Positions 48,736-58,203 of a stretch of 64,000 bases of DNA are shown here, piece by piece. Each line of letters starts with the position of its first letter. The first letter of the stretch is position 1. The stretch comes from an uncultured Methanosarcinales archaeon (GTDB taxonomy: Archaea > Nanobdellota > Nanobdellia > Woesearchaeales > JABIAG01), in contig CAZLQZ010000003.1 in the NCBI GenBank assembly GCA_964561995.1, positions 5,056 to 69,055 of the forward strand, written 5' to 3'. The notes below the pieces were generated by a model that saw only the letters and a program-made list of their open reading frames with translations, was not told the DNA's origin and did no database searches. Position numbers and translations under genes: made by a program.

Positions 48736-48922
48736 AAGGTATTAATTCATTTTCCTGTTTTAAAATAATAATTAAAATATCATTTTCAAAACTTGCCTCT
48801 ATAAAATCTGAAAAATCTTTAATTCCTTGATTTATTGCTTCTTTATCGTAAAATAAAGCATTGAATTTAATTTTATATTTATTATCTTGTTTACAAATCA
48901 TCTTCAAATAATACCTCTTCAA
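48686..48922 (-). CDS. Small hypothetical ORF (78 aa) between the 107-aa protein and the rSAM
   Basis: An ORF overlapping the rSAM's annotated 5' end; no motifs; coding status uncertain. Confidence 0.25.
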   Translation of the reverse strand: MKRYYLKMICKQDNKYKIKFNALFYDKEAINQGIKDFSDFIEASFENDILIIILKQENELIPYEFCNYVLALQNDKEL

Positions 48923-49214
48923 AATAATCAGGATTGTTAGTTAAAACCGTTCTTGCAACAATTGTTTCTTTCAAATTTTTAGTTTTATCAAACTCATTGT
49001 AATAAAAAGAATAATTGATTAATTGATTTTTAAATTCTAATTCTAAATTTGATTCTTTTTTATTTTTAGGCATAAAATTAACCATTAATTCGTTTTTATC
49101 CCCATCAATTAAAAAATAAGCTTTATCTAAATATGAGTTAATAGCATTTCTAACTACTTTAATTGGAAAAATTTCTAAATTTACTTTAAATTGGAAAAAC
49201 ATGATTAAAATCAA
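48891..49214 (-). CDS. Small conserved protein (107 aa), paralogue of 37902..38156; first gene of the rSAM cassette
   Basis: Alignment with the 84-aa protein (see 37902..38156). Both sit next to SPASM rSAM genes. Confidence 0.5.
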   Translation of the reverse strand: MILIMFFQFKVNLEIFPIKVVRNAINSYLDKAYFLIDGDKNELMVNFMPKNKKESNLELEFKNQLINYSFYYNEFDKTKNLKETIVARTVLTNNPDYFEEVLFEDDL

Positions 49215-49279
49215 ATTTATGACTATTTAAAGATATTCTTACCGAAATATATAAATACTAATAATTCATAAAGCAAAGT

Positions 49280-50029
49280 ATGCAAGTAATTATTGAAAAA
49301 AAAGCTAAATTTACAATGATTTTACTATCTTTAATTTTAATAGTTTTATTAGCAAACATCTCATTATCTAGTGAACCAGCATTTTATAATACCTTACAAC
49401 AAGTGGTAAGAAGCTCTCAAGAACTTGTAAGTGTTGATTTAAACGAGAATAATATAATTGACAGGGCTGAATTAGCCTATAGCTTTTCTGGAGGAAATTT
49501 TGAAAATACACCTGGAATATGTCCAAAAGAACATCTTTTAAAGGGTTTTCTTTCAACAGGTGAACCATATTGTGTTGTTGCAAAATGGAATTGTAATGTT
49601 GATGAAGATTCTAGAAGTTTTGTTTGCTTTTTTAGCGAGAGCGAAAGTGCAGATTTTGAGGTTATTGAAGTTGTTTTTTCAGCTGCAAAGAACACTTTAA
49701 ATTTCCCAGAAGAGGTTAGATTTTTAGAAAGCTTTGAAACCGAATCATTTAGTACAACTTTAAATTATTGCAAAAGTTCAGATACAAGTGTTGAAGCCGA
49801 TGAAATTTGTTTAACTGAAATTAATTTAGTAGGTTCAAATTTAATTATCGATGCAAAATATACTAGTATTGGAGCGTCATTTATTACCGACTTGGAAATG
49901 TCGGGTTCTTTAAATGGCAAATCATTCTCAGGATCAAGAGTTTTTGACGAATCAGCAAGAGGAACAGACAAACAAATACAATTTATATTTGACCTGGAAG
50001 AAAGTTCTAGACGCCACGGCGGGTGGTAG
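49280..50029 (+). CDS. Secreted protein (249 aa) with an N-terminal EF-hand-like loop and a Cys pair; 3' end disrupted by a GC-rich insertion
   Basis: Signal 'MILLSLILIVLLANISLSSEPA'. 'DLNENNIIDRAELAY...GICPKEH...GEPYCVV'. The C-terminus is 'SSRRHGGW*', encoded by the GC-rich 50006-50026. Confidence 0.6.
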   Translation: MQVIIEKKAKFTMILLSLILIVLLANISLSSEPAFYNTLQQVVRSSQELVSVDLNENNIIDRAELAYSFSGGNFENTPGICPKEHLLKGFLSTGEPYCVVAKWNCNVDEDSRSFVCFFSESESADFEVIEVVFSAAKNTLNFPEEVRFLESFETESFSTTLNYCKSSDTSVEADEICLTEINLVGSNLIIDAKYTSIGASFITDLEMSGSLNGKSFSGSRVFDESARGTDKQIQFIFDLEESSRRHGGW

Positions 50030-50068
50030 AACAAATAAACAAGTACAATTTACATTTAACTTAGAATA

Positions 50069-50479
50069 ATGAAGAAAAAAATACTGATTTTTGGAATAGT
50101 AATGATTTTGATGGCTGCTTTTATTAATGCTAATAATCAAGCAACTCAGAATTTAAAAAATATAGTTACAATTGATGGACCAAGAATTAATTCAATTGAT
50201 GATGATAATGATGGAATTATTGATGAAGCTGACGAGGCCAATAGAGTTCATCCGGGCATAGTTGAATCATTAGGTAATTGTGATGATTCTCTTGCAACAG
50301 GAGTTGAGGAATCAGGAATTACCTGTAGAGAAGTAAATGACTTTTTAGATTGTGTTAATATTGAAGGAACTGGTCCCGGTGGAAATGGGTGGGTGTATAT
50401 CAATGTTGAATGTCCAGAAGGAAAACAATTAGTTAATTGGGAAGCAAGTAATAGAGATGGAAAGATACTTTGCTGTTAG
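50069..50479 (+). CDS. Small secreted Ca-binding (EF-hand-like) Cys-containing protein, 136 aa
   Basis: Signal 'MKKKILIFGIVMILMAAFINA'. 'IDDDNDGIIDEADEANRVHPG' (DxDxDGxIDEAD) then 'GNCDDS...GITC'. Confidence 0.65.
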   Translation: MKKKILIFGIVMILMAAFINANNQATQNLKNIVTIDGPRINSIDDDNDGIIDEADEANRVHPGIVESLGNCDDSLATGVEESGITCREVNDFLDCVNIEGTGPGGNGWVYINVECPEGKQLVNWEASNRDGKILCC

Positions 50480-50515
50480 CATAAAACTTATAATTAAAGA
50501 AATTTTTAATATTCT

Positions 50516-51460
50516 ATGATAAATCTAATTATAATATCAATACTTGGAATTATTATTAGTTATCAAGATTTTAAAAATGGAAAAATTAGAAATAAGTGGA
50601 TAATTTTAGGCATTATAGCAGGATTAATTATCAATTATTCATATTTTTTATATGATTTTTTAAATCATGTTTTTAATATAACCATATTGTATAGTTTCTT
50701 ATTAAATTCCTTAATTACCATCTTTCTAGGTTATTTATTATGGCATTTTAAATTTTGGAGTGCTGGTGATGGAAAACTGTTCATAATGTTTTCATTTTTA
50801 TTACCATTAGAATTTTACAAAAGCTTTTTTCCTTCATTTACAATCATATTTAATTCTATTGTTCCAATAGGAATTGTTCTTTTTTTAATGAGTCTTAATA
50901 AAAATAATTTTATAAATAGTAAAAAAGATTTAATTAAAGAATTTAATTTACTAAATATAATTGAAAGTTTGATTTTGATTGTTGGATTTTATTGGGGTAT
51001 TTCCCAAACTTTATTTTTTATTAATGAAGTATTAAAATACTTCTTTGTTGCTCTATTGGTTATATTCTTAAAACACAAATTTAATAAAATAATTTATGCA
51101 GGGATTGTTTTAGTTATTATTAGAACCTTTTTTGAAAATATCCTTAGTTTTGATTTTATAATTCAAACAATAATAATATTTGTTATTTTTCATGCTACTA
51201 GAAGCATAATAATCCCATTAACAAATAATCAATATGTTAAAAAAACAAAAATTGAAAAATTAAAACCAGGCATGTATTTAGAAAAATGGTCATCTAGCTT
51301 AAATACTGAAGATATAAAAGAATTAAACAAAAAAAATCTAAAAGAAGTAAATGTTGTTGAAACTATGCCTTTTGCAATTTATCTTTTTATTGGAACACTT
51401 TTAACCATCATATTACAAACTGACTTGTTATCTTTTTTAATAAAGTTTTTTTTTAGTTAA
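50516..51460 (+). CDS. Archaeal type IV prepilin peptidase (A24 family, FlaK/PibD/EppA-like)
   Basis: Polytopic membrane protein. First catalytic Asp in 'SYQD18FKNGKIRNK' (cf. FlaK D18, D-x5-I-P/R-N). Second in 'WSAGD85GKLF' (GxGDxK motif). The spacing fits the family. Confidence 0.7.
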   Translation: MINLIIISILGIIISYQDFKNGKIRNKWIILGIIAGLIINYSYFLYDFLNHVFNITILYSFLLNSLITIFLGYLLWHFKFWSAGDGKLFIMFSFLLPLEFYKSFFPSFTIIFNSIVPIGIVLFLMSLNKNNFINSKKDLIKEFNLLNIIESLILIVGFYWGISQTLFFINEVLKYFFVALLVIFLKHKFNKIIYAGIVLVIIRTFFENILSFDFIIQTIIIFVIFHATRSIIIPLTNNQYVKKTKIEKLKPGMYLEKWSSSLNTEDIKELNKKNLKEVNVVETMPFAIYLFIGTLLTIILQTDLLSFLIKFFFS

Positions 51461-51778
51461 AAGTCTATCAAAAGACTTTAAGAATGTTGCATCTTCTTTT
51501 TCAAAAGAAAGAATTTGCGTTTTCACTTTATACTTTTTGCACAATTTATTATTTTGTTGCATTCTGCCAAAGACGATTGCTTTGTTTTCAGATTTTATCC
51601 AATCGGAAAAAGAAAATCCAATGATGTCATGTTTTTGCTTAGCAATCTTTGCTAAAACTTGATTCATACCCGAATTTCTATGAAAAATAAAATCTTTTCT
51701 TTTACTAAATTCTAAATAGTATATTAATTGATTACCTTTTTCAAATGTCTTTCTATCATTTCCTGTAGCTTTATACAT
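51437..51778 (-). CDS. Hypothetical protein, 113 aa
   Basis: ORF with no recognisable motifs. Confidence 0.35.
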   Translation of the reverse strand: MYKATGNDRKTFEKGNQLIYYLEFSKRKDFIFHRNSGMNQVLAKIAKQKHDIIGFSFSDWIKSENKAIVFGRMQQNNKLCKKYKVKTQILSFEKEDATFLKSFDRLLTKKKLY

Positions 51779-51816
51779 AATTATAATAAAATATACTTTA
51801 GAATATAAAAAGCTAG

Positions 51817-52530
51817 CTAAAAATCGTGCCTTTTACTAAAATAATTTCTCAACCAAAATATCATCAAAATAATAAAAATAGGAATTAAACCAAACAAAAC
51901 AAATTGATTAAAAACCGCATAAAGATACAAATAAACATAAAAAAACATACCAATAGTCAAGTATATAAAAAGAAACTCATGCACTTTTAAACCCTTTTTT
52001 ATTGCTATTATAAGAGCTTTTTTGAAACTTTTATGTTTGATATAATGCAATTGAAAAAAGGTACTAAAATGAGAAAAAAAGATCCCTAAGTAAACCGCAA
52101 CAATTAAACCAGAATAATGAAATTGTAGTACAAAAAAACCTTCTAAGATAATTAAAGCTAAGAATAAAATAAAATTAATAAAAAAATATTTTACAAATCC
52201 TTTCTTATGAAAATTTTGTTCTAAAATATTGTTCCAAATTAAGTATTTGAACAAAGAATATATCCCTGAAGCAATAAAAGCAAAAATTATTGTCCCTAAA
52301 ATTAAAGAAATATATATTTGAAAGATTTCGGGATTATTATTTGTTAAAAAAGAAAAATCAATAAAAGGTTTAGATGAAAAAGCTAAATTCAAAGTTAATC
52401 TTAAAAAAAAATATCCAACAACAATTAAAATCGCAAACATAATACAATCATAAGCTAAAGCCAAATAATTATTCCTTTTGAATTTGAAACTTTTTTTCAA
52501 ATATCTTAATTCGTCTCTTATATAACTCAT
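51817..52530 (-). CDS. Polytopic membrane protein, last gene of the wHTH/607-aa/1289-aa operon
   Basis: 6+ hydrophobic helices. The probable start is the internal Met 'MSYIRDEL' (ATG 52528-52530) abutting the upstream TAA; the track's longer start would overlap by 74 nt. Confidence 0.5.
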   Translation of the reverse strand: MSYIRDELRYLKKSFKFKRNNYLALAYDCIMFAILIVVGYFFLRLTLNLAFSSKPFIDFSFLTNNNPEIFQIYISLILGTIIFAFIASGIYSLFKYLIWNNILEQNFHKKGFVKYFFINFILFLALIILEGFFVLQFHYSGLIVAVYLGIFFSHFSTFFQLHYIKHKSFKKALIIAIKKGLKVHEFLFIYLTIGMFFYVYLYLYAVFNQFVLFGLIPIFIILMIFWLRNYFSKRHDF

Positions 52531-52531
52531 T

Positions 52532-55500
52532 TTAATTGTAAATTTGTTGACATACTGTTCCTGAATCGCCAAATGTAGTATCTGTTGTTGATATACATAT
52601 TTCACTATAATTGGTAGGTAAAGCTATTGTTTTTGAATCGATAGTATTTTGACCAGAAAGAAGAATACCATCGTCTCCTTCAATAATGTTTAATCTATCT
52701 GTTTGATTAATTAAATATATTTCAAAATATAAATTTAATCTACAAGCGTATGCGTCATAATTAATATCATAAACAAAATCATCTCCCGAAGTTGTTACCC
52801 CTATATTTTTTATTCTTATTACCGTTTCATCACTAGTAATACATGGCGGAACTTCTACAATTTCAGTATTTATTGTTTGGTTTGCACAAGTTGGATAACA
52901 ACTTAAATCGGTAAAACAAGCTTGATCGGGTGGAAGTCCATTACATCCATTATAATCGCATTGATTATCATTATCATTATCGATACCATCTTGACATTGT
53001 GATGTTCCATCATCTTCCCTATCATCTTGTGAATTAGTACAACCGGGGTCATCTAAATCAATAAGTAAATCATTATCATTATCAAGTCCATCTTGACATT
53101 GAGTAGTTGCTGCAGCTTCATTATTATCGGTATTTCTACTACAGCCAGGATCACCCGGTAAATCAATTCCATCAATAGTACAACCATTAACATCACAACT
53201 TCCATCTCCATCGTTATCGATACCATCTTGACATTCTGAAGTTTCAGGATATTCATCATCATCCCAAGCATCTTCACAGCCAGGATCATCTAAATCAATC
53301 AAATCGTCACCATCATCATCAATTTGATTACTACATTTAGTTTGACCAAATTGGAAACATAGTGGTTGGTTATCAACACTTTCGTCAGAAACATAAATAC
53401 AAAACTCATTAAAAGAAAGCGAGCTTTCATAAATATCATTATCTGTTAATCTATAACCTGTACTAAGGATAGTTGAATGAAGTTCTTCAATTAAAATATC
53501 TTGTCCAGTAAAAGACATTTGAGATATTTCTACTTGTTGTGAGCTTTCATCTTTTATACACATAAATGAATCACCATCATAATTTCCCGCAGAAACGTAA
53601 CCAGACTCACAAACATCACCTAATTTAGGAATAAAAGTAGTTACAGATCTTTGAACACAAAGGCTTTTGTTATCTACATCTCCCTTATTAACAAAATTAA
53701 TAGGGCACTCGTTGGTAATTTGAAAATAAGGAACAAACTCGGGCAATATGCAAAAGTTGAAACCTTCCTTGGTTTGGTATTCAACCCCATAATCACTAGG
53801 ACAAGTTTGATACCTAATTTGTACTAAATCTTTAGTTGTTGTAAAATTAACAACATTTGAATCAATTAATCCTGAACCTGAAACAAACCTATTCCTAAAA
53901 TATACATCTACAAAAACATCTTCATTGCATGAAAAAATATCATAATCGTATTGATATTTGTAAATGCCACCTTCAAAAGTTTTTGAACCAGCATTTCCAA
54001 TGATATCAGTTGTAAATGAATCCATACAAGATTCTGGCCTAAATCTAACGCCCAAATCTAATAAACCGCCACACAGTTTTTGAGGTTCATGTAACATATT
54101 TTCATCAATAGAATAATAAGTATAGCCATCGGGTCCAATTACAGAACCATCTTCATTAATATCATAATCATTTCCATCTCGATCTTCACCAGTATCTGTG
54201 TCTACATTGCCCCAAGGTGTGGTTACTGTTGCAAAACCAGTTATTGATGTAAAAGCACCAGTTAAAGCATGTAAACTTGGTACACTTAAAAAAGTTAAAT
54301 CAACTTCAATTTCTCCATTTTCAGATTTATCTTTTGCGGGAGTTGGAAAATCTTTTTCTTTAGTATAATTATTGCCTGCAAGTTTTACTTTTACATTAAC
54401 ATTTTTGACATAACTATCTCCGCCTTGATCATATTTAAGTTTAAGTTGAATGTTATTCCTATTAACAATTATTTGATCTAAACAAACTTCATCAATTATA
54501 TCTCTATCATTGTCGAGACTACATTCGTCCAAGTTTTTAGTAAAGGGTATTTTTGTAATATATGCTTGATAAAAAATTGAATCAGGAGTATTATTTTCTC
54601 TACCAACAATATCTGTAAAATTTAATTCAATTTCTAATCTTTGAGGTGGAGCAGTAATACCTTGAGGTACTTCAAAAACCTCTACTTCAGAAGTTGGTGT
54701 TGATGCTTTTCTTGAATTTGAATCATATAACACAGTTTTAATATCATGAGTTCCTTTTGTTAAATTGACTTTTATCATTTTTGAACTATTAGTTTCAACA
54801 TTCCCAATTTGAATTGACTGCTTACCATCATAAACTACATAAGTTAAATTACTTTCATCATTATGATTAACAAAAATTCTAAAATTAAACTCGGGTAAAG
54901 AAATCATTTCTTGTTCTAATGTTGAAGTTATTGTAAAATCTGATACATTTACTTCGATTGTTTTACTATCGTGATGTAAATTACCATCCAAATCTTCCAA
55001 TTTAATATACAGTTCATGAATTCCATCTTCCAGAGGAGTTGGAATCGTCAAAGTATTATTTGCAGGCATATAACCCCACGCAAGATTATTACTATCTTCA
55101 TCTAAATAAACTTTATACCTTAATATTTTACTTTGATTGTCGGATGCATTTATTACTAAATCAAAATTAGGGGTGTTGATTTTTTCTCCATTAAAGGGAC
55201 TTATTATTTCAACAATAGGCTTAATTCTGGTTTGAAAATAATCCTTACTTCTATCAACTGGTGTTTCAATGTAATCACAAAAATTCTTAGTAAAAGAAGA
55301 ATCAATAATTGTGGTTTCTCGTTTGGGAACAAATGTGCTACTTGTTGTTACAATGTTTCCTTCTTGATGACAGAAGTCTTCATCTTCATCTAAAATAATA
55401 ATTAAGTCATTATTTTCCATAGTAAATTTGCACTGTCCTTCATAAAATGAAACAGGTTGGGTATCTACTGCATCTAAATAATGATATATTTCATAATCAA

Positions 55501-56401
55501 AAAGTAAAGCAGAATTATTTCTTAATAAATTAGACATCAATCCTAAAGATTTTTCATTAATATTTACATAGTCTAAATTTGACTTTTTTGCAAAAATAAT
55601 ATTTGTTCTATTTTTACTTGAATTCCAAAATGGCGAAGAAGGAATACAAGAAGTTGGTGATAAGAAAAAAACATTTGGATTGCCCTTAGGTTCATTATTA
55701 ATCAAAGTTTGAATTTTTACACGTTCCATTTTCCAGATCATAGGATGATCAGATGAATCCCAAGTTCCAGAATATGTTAAATCATTAGCATAATTATCTT
55801 CATTTAAACCAAAATCATAAATTCTAAAAGTATCATTATAATATCTTGTTGTTAATCTTACTTGAACGTGATCTTGTTCTTTCATTAAGTTCGATTCAAT
55901 TTTAAACAAATCGTTAATTTTACCTGAAAAAGGTGTTGGAGTTATTGAAAGTACACCATCGGTGTCTACAAACATATAGCCCCCTTGATCAGCAGGCCAA
56001 GGTGGTGCAACTAAACATTCCCGGTATTGTTGACATTCTCTACCTTGAATAAAATCATTTCCTTCACGGTCACAATAGTTCTTAGCATAATTAGTATAAC
56101 AATACCCTTCATCATCAATACAGCATCCAATATTGCATTCATCTAAATCAAAACAAGACTCTTGATCATGAAAAAAATTGCTTGGACAATCTGTAAAAGA
56201 AGTTTCTGTACATGTTAAATCACAACAACCATGATTTGGTAAAACAACATTTCCAGTAATTTGTTGTTTAGGTTTTAATGTAAATGAAAAAGAAACTAGT
56301 ATTATTGCGAGTATTGTTAAAGATATAATTATCTTATTTGTTCTATTAATTCCCTTTCCGTTTTTCTTTTTATTCTTAGTCATTTGTAATAAGCCGTACA
56401 T
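52532..56401 (-). CDS. Giant (1,289 aa) N-terminally anchored Cys-rich surface protein with MopE-like 'CxDGxDNDxDG' putative metal/Ca-binding repeats near the C-terminus
   Basis: N-terminal TM 'KIIISLTILAIILVSFSFTL'. Repeats 'CQDGIDNDGDGSCDVNGC', 'CQDGLDNDNDLLIDLDDPGC', 'CQDGIDNDNDNQCDYNGC' and 'CSNQIDDDGDDLIDLDDPGC'. Overlaps the upstream gene by 22 nt. Confidence 0.75.
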   Translation of the reverse strand: MYGLLQMTKNKKKNGKGINRTNKIIISLTILAIILVSFSFTLKPKQQITGNVVLPNHGCCDLTCTETSFTDCPSNFFHDQESCFDLDECNIGCCIDDEGYCYTNYAKNYCDREGNDFIQGRECQQYRECLVAPPWPADQGGYMFVDTDGVLSITPTPFSGKINDLFKIESNLMKEQDHVQVRLTTRYYNDTFRIYDFGLNEDNYANDLTYSGTWDSSDHPMIWKMERVKIQTLINNEPKGNPNVFFLSPTSCIPSSPFWNSSKNRTNIIFAKKSNLDYVNINEKSLGLMSNLLRNNSALLFDYEIYHYLDAVDTQPVSFYEGQCKFTMENNDLIIILDEDEDFCHQEGNIVTTSSTFVPKRETTIIDSSFTKNFCDYIETPVDRSKDYFQTRIKPIVEIISPFNGEKINTPNFDLVINASDNQSKILRYKVYLDEDSNNLAWGYMPANNTLTIPTPLEDGIHELYIKLEDLDGNLHHDSKTIEVNVSDFTITSTLEQEMISLPEFNFRIFVNHNDESNLTYVVYDGKQSIQIGNVETNSSKMIKVNLTKGTHDIKTVLYDSNSRKASTPTSEVEVFEVPQGITAPPQRLEIELNFTDIVGRENNTPDSIFYQAYITKIPFTKNLDECSLDNDRDIIDEVCLDQIIVNRNNIQLKLKYDQGGDSYVKNVNVKVKLAGNNYTKEKDFPTPAKDKSENGEIEVDLTFLSVPSLHALTGAFTSITGFATVTTPWGNVDTDTGEDRDGNDYDINEDGSVIGPDGYTYYSIDENMLHEPQKLCGGLLDLGVRFRPESCMDSFTTDIIGNAGSKTFEGGIYKYQYDYDIFSCNEDVFVDVYFRNRFVSGSGLIDSNVVNFTTTKDLVQIRYQTCPSDYGVEYQTKEGFNFCILPEFVPYFQITNECPINFVNKGDVDNKSLCVQRSVTTFIPKLGDVCESGYVSAGNYDGDSFMCIKDESSQQVEISQMSFTGQDILIEELHSTILSTGYRLTDNDIYESSLSFNEFCIYVSDESVDNQPLCFQFGQTKCSNQIDDDGDDLIDLDDPGCEDAWDDDEYPETSECQDGIDNDGDGSCDVNGCTIDGIDLPGDPGCSRNTDNNEAAATTQCQDGLDNDNDLLIDLDDPGCTNSQDDREDDGTSQCQDGIDNDNDNQCDYNGCNGLPPDQACFTDLSCYPTCANQTINTEIVEVPPCITSDETVIRIKNIGVTTSGDDFVYDINYDAYACRLNLYFEIYLINQTDRLNIIEGDDGILLSGQNTIDSKTIALPTNYSEICISTTDTTFGDSGTVCQQIYN

Positions 56402-58203
56402 GTTAAATCACATGAATAACATTTAAAATTTCCCGTTTCACACTCTTCAGCTACCGCTACGAGTTGTTGTGTCTCACCTGCATAAACTGTAAATTCCTTT
56501 GTTGAATCTGAAGGAATTTGTTCACCGTTTAATTCACCATATCCAGAATCCAGTTTACTACCTCCTTTACACACAACTTCAACTATTTGATCGCAAGTAG
56601 GAATAAAGTTAACGTAAGTATCTCCTCCATCATAATCCTGTGCTCCAAAGGCTGTTAATCCTACAGAAGCTACACCCATAATTATAGCAATACCGCCTAT
56701 ATAAGCTGCTGCCGTTGCAGCAACACCAACAAATCCGCCAGCCGCCGCTACAACAGTTCCTGAAAGAGTACCTAGAAGAGCAACATCTGCCATATTCACT
56801 AATACTGTATATAAAGCTCCCCCAAAACCAATAGTAGCAATAATTAAAATTATAACAATAATTATCAAAATAGGTAATAATGTATCCATTATGGCACTTA
56901 TTGCACACAATAAACTTTTTTTAGGTTTACTTTTAGACTTTACAGAAACTTCTTTACAAGGTTGTCTATTACAATCTATTGGTGAATATTCAGAAAATCC
57001 AGTGATATCAGCAAAAACAAAACTATTATTGTAATCGACATCTGTAATTAAAGGACGCCATTCGTAATCTGATAAAGGTCCACGATATAATATTCCCATA
57101 GGTCCTAAATTAGGAATCTTATCATCATCCCAATAAATTGCTAAACGTTGTGGAAAAACATTGCCCGTTGAATCTGTAAACTTGGTACCATCTGGACCAA
57201 ATTGATAAATTGGATAATTCAAATACCAAGTTATATTTTCTTTTATTTTTGGACCAGGTTTAAGTCCACCTTTTATTGTATATTCCACATGAGATATAAC
57301 TTCCCTTGTGGAATTTTTATCATATTCTTGCCATACTTCTAAAAAATTACTATCAACATTTACTCCCCTTTGTAAAAATAATTGAGCCATTCTATCGGGA
57401 CTGTAAACAACAAAAGTCATAAAAAAGTCTAAAGCTTCAGGAGATACATCGACAGTTCTTTTCAAATAACTTCTATTCAAATTAGTTGCAAAATTAAAAA
57501 TATATTTATTATTTTGTTCAAGTTCTACATCATCAATAACAGTAAATAACAAATTATTTTCATCATTTAAAGTATAATTAATTTTAAAATCCCTTGAATC
57601 TACTAGTTGGAAAGGTTGCCTATAATCAAAAGAAGGAATAAAATGTGCATTAACCATTTCTCTTGCTCTTTCATATACTCTTCTATATCTAACATTTAAA
57701 ACATTTTCAAAACTATCAATTGTTTTTTGCTTATCTTGTTGAGTTACTTTTAAGGGATAATTTAATTTTATTATTACTTCTTCGGCAGAATAATCTATTG
57801 TTGAATTAGCACTTCCAGTTTCAACATTATAACCTACAAAAGAACTATAATCTACACAATTTTCAAAATTATTATTAAACCAAATTTGGAATTCATCAAT
57901 TGATGAATTTAATATTGGCATAACATTAGCATATTGATAAATCCAATATGAAGTGCCGTTAACTTCCAAAACACCAGGAACATCAATATAATTACCATTT
58001 TTACCCAACAAATCTAGCCCTTCTCTACCGACTTTACTGATACAATTATCAATCATAAACTCAATTCCCCTTGCATCTACTTCTCCTTTGAAAACTACTT
58101 TGTCATCATTATTAACTAAAGCCACATAAAAAACTAATCCAGCTACAACTAACAAAATCAATCCCATGATTATAAACAATGTTACTTGTGCTTTATTTTT
58201 CAT
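56380..58203 (-). CDS. Prepilin-like N-terminus surface protein (607 aa) with a C-terminal Gly/Ala-rich multi-TM glycine-zipper region and a Cys-rich tail
   Basis: N-terminus 'MKNKAQVTLFIIMGLILLVVAGLVFYVAL' (KA|Q). '...IATIGFGGALYTVLVNMADVALLGTLSGTVVAAAGGFVGVAATAAAYIGGIAIIMGVASVGLTAFG...', then 'CKGGS...CETGNFKCYSCDLTC'. Confidence 0.65.
   Translation of the reverse strand: MKNKAQVTLFIIMGLILLVVAGLVFYVALVNNDDKVVFKGEVDARGIEFMIDNCISKVGREGLDLLGKNGNYIDVPGVLEVNGTSYWIYQYANVMPILNSSIDEFQIWFNNNFENCVDYSSFVGYNVETGSANSTIDYSAEEVIIKLNYPLKVTQQDKQKTIDSFENVLNVRYRRVYERAREMVNAHFIPSFDYRQPFQLVDSRDFKINYTLNDENNLLFTVIDDVELEQNNKYIFNFATNLNRSYLKRTVDVSPEALDFFMTFVVYSPDRMAQLFLQRGVNVDSNFLEVWQEYDKNSTREVISHVEYTIKGGLKPGPKIKENITWYLNYPIYQFGPDGTKFTDSTGNVFPQRLAIYWDDDKIPNLGPMGILYRGPLSDYEWRPLITDVDYNNSFVFADITGFSEYSPIDCNRQPCKEVSVKSKSKPKKSLLCAISAIMDTLLPILIIIVIILIIATIGFGGALYTVLVNMADVALLGTLSGTVVAAAGGFVGVAATAAAYIGGIAIIMGVASVGLTAFGAQDYDGGDTYVNFIPTCDQIVEVVCKGGSKLDSGYGELNGEQIPSDSTKEFTVYAGETQQLVAVAEECETGNFKCYSCDLTCTAYYK

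Noticed and set aside
49368-50140. ORFs 49368..49583, 49477..49695, 49765..50034 and 49952..50140
   Set aside because: Antisense or alternative frames of 49280..50029 and of the intergenic degenerate duplication; no independent support.
53053-53289. Met-rich 78-aa ORF
   Set aside because: Alternative frame within the MopE-repeat region (Asp codons) of 52532..56401.
56630-56908. Cys/Tyr/Trp-rich 92-aa ORF
   Set aside because: Alternative frame of the Gly/Ala-rich (GC-richer) glycine-zipper region of 56380..58203.
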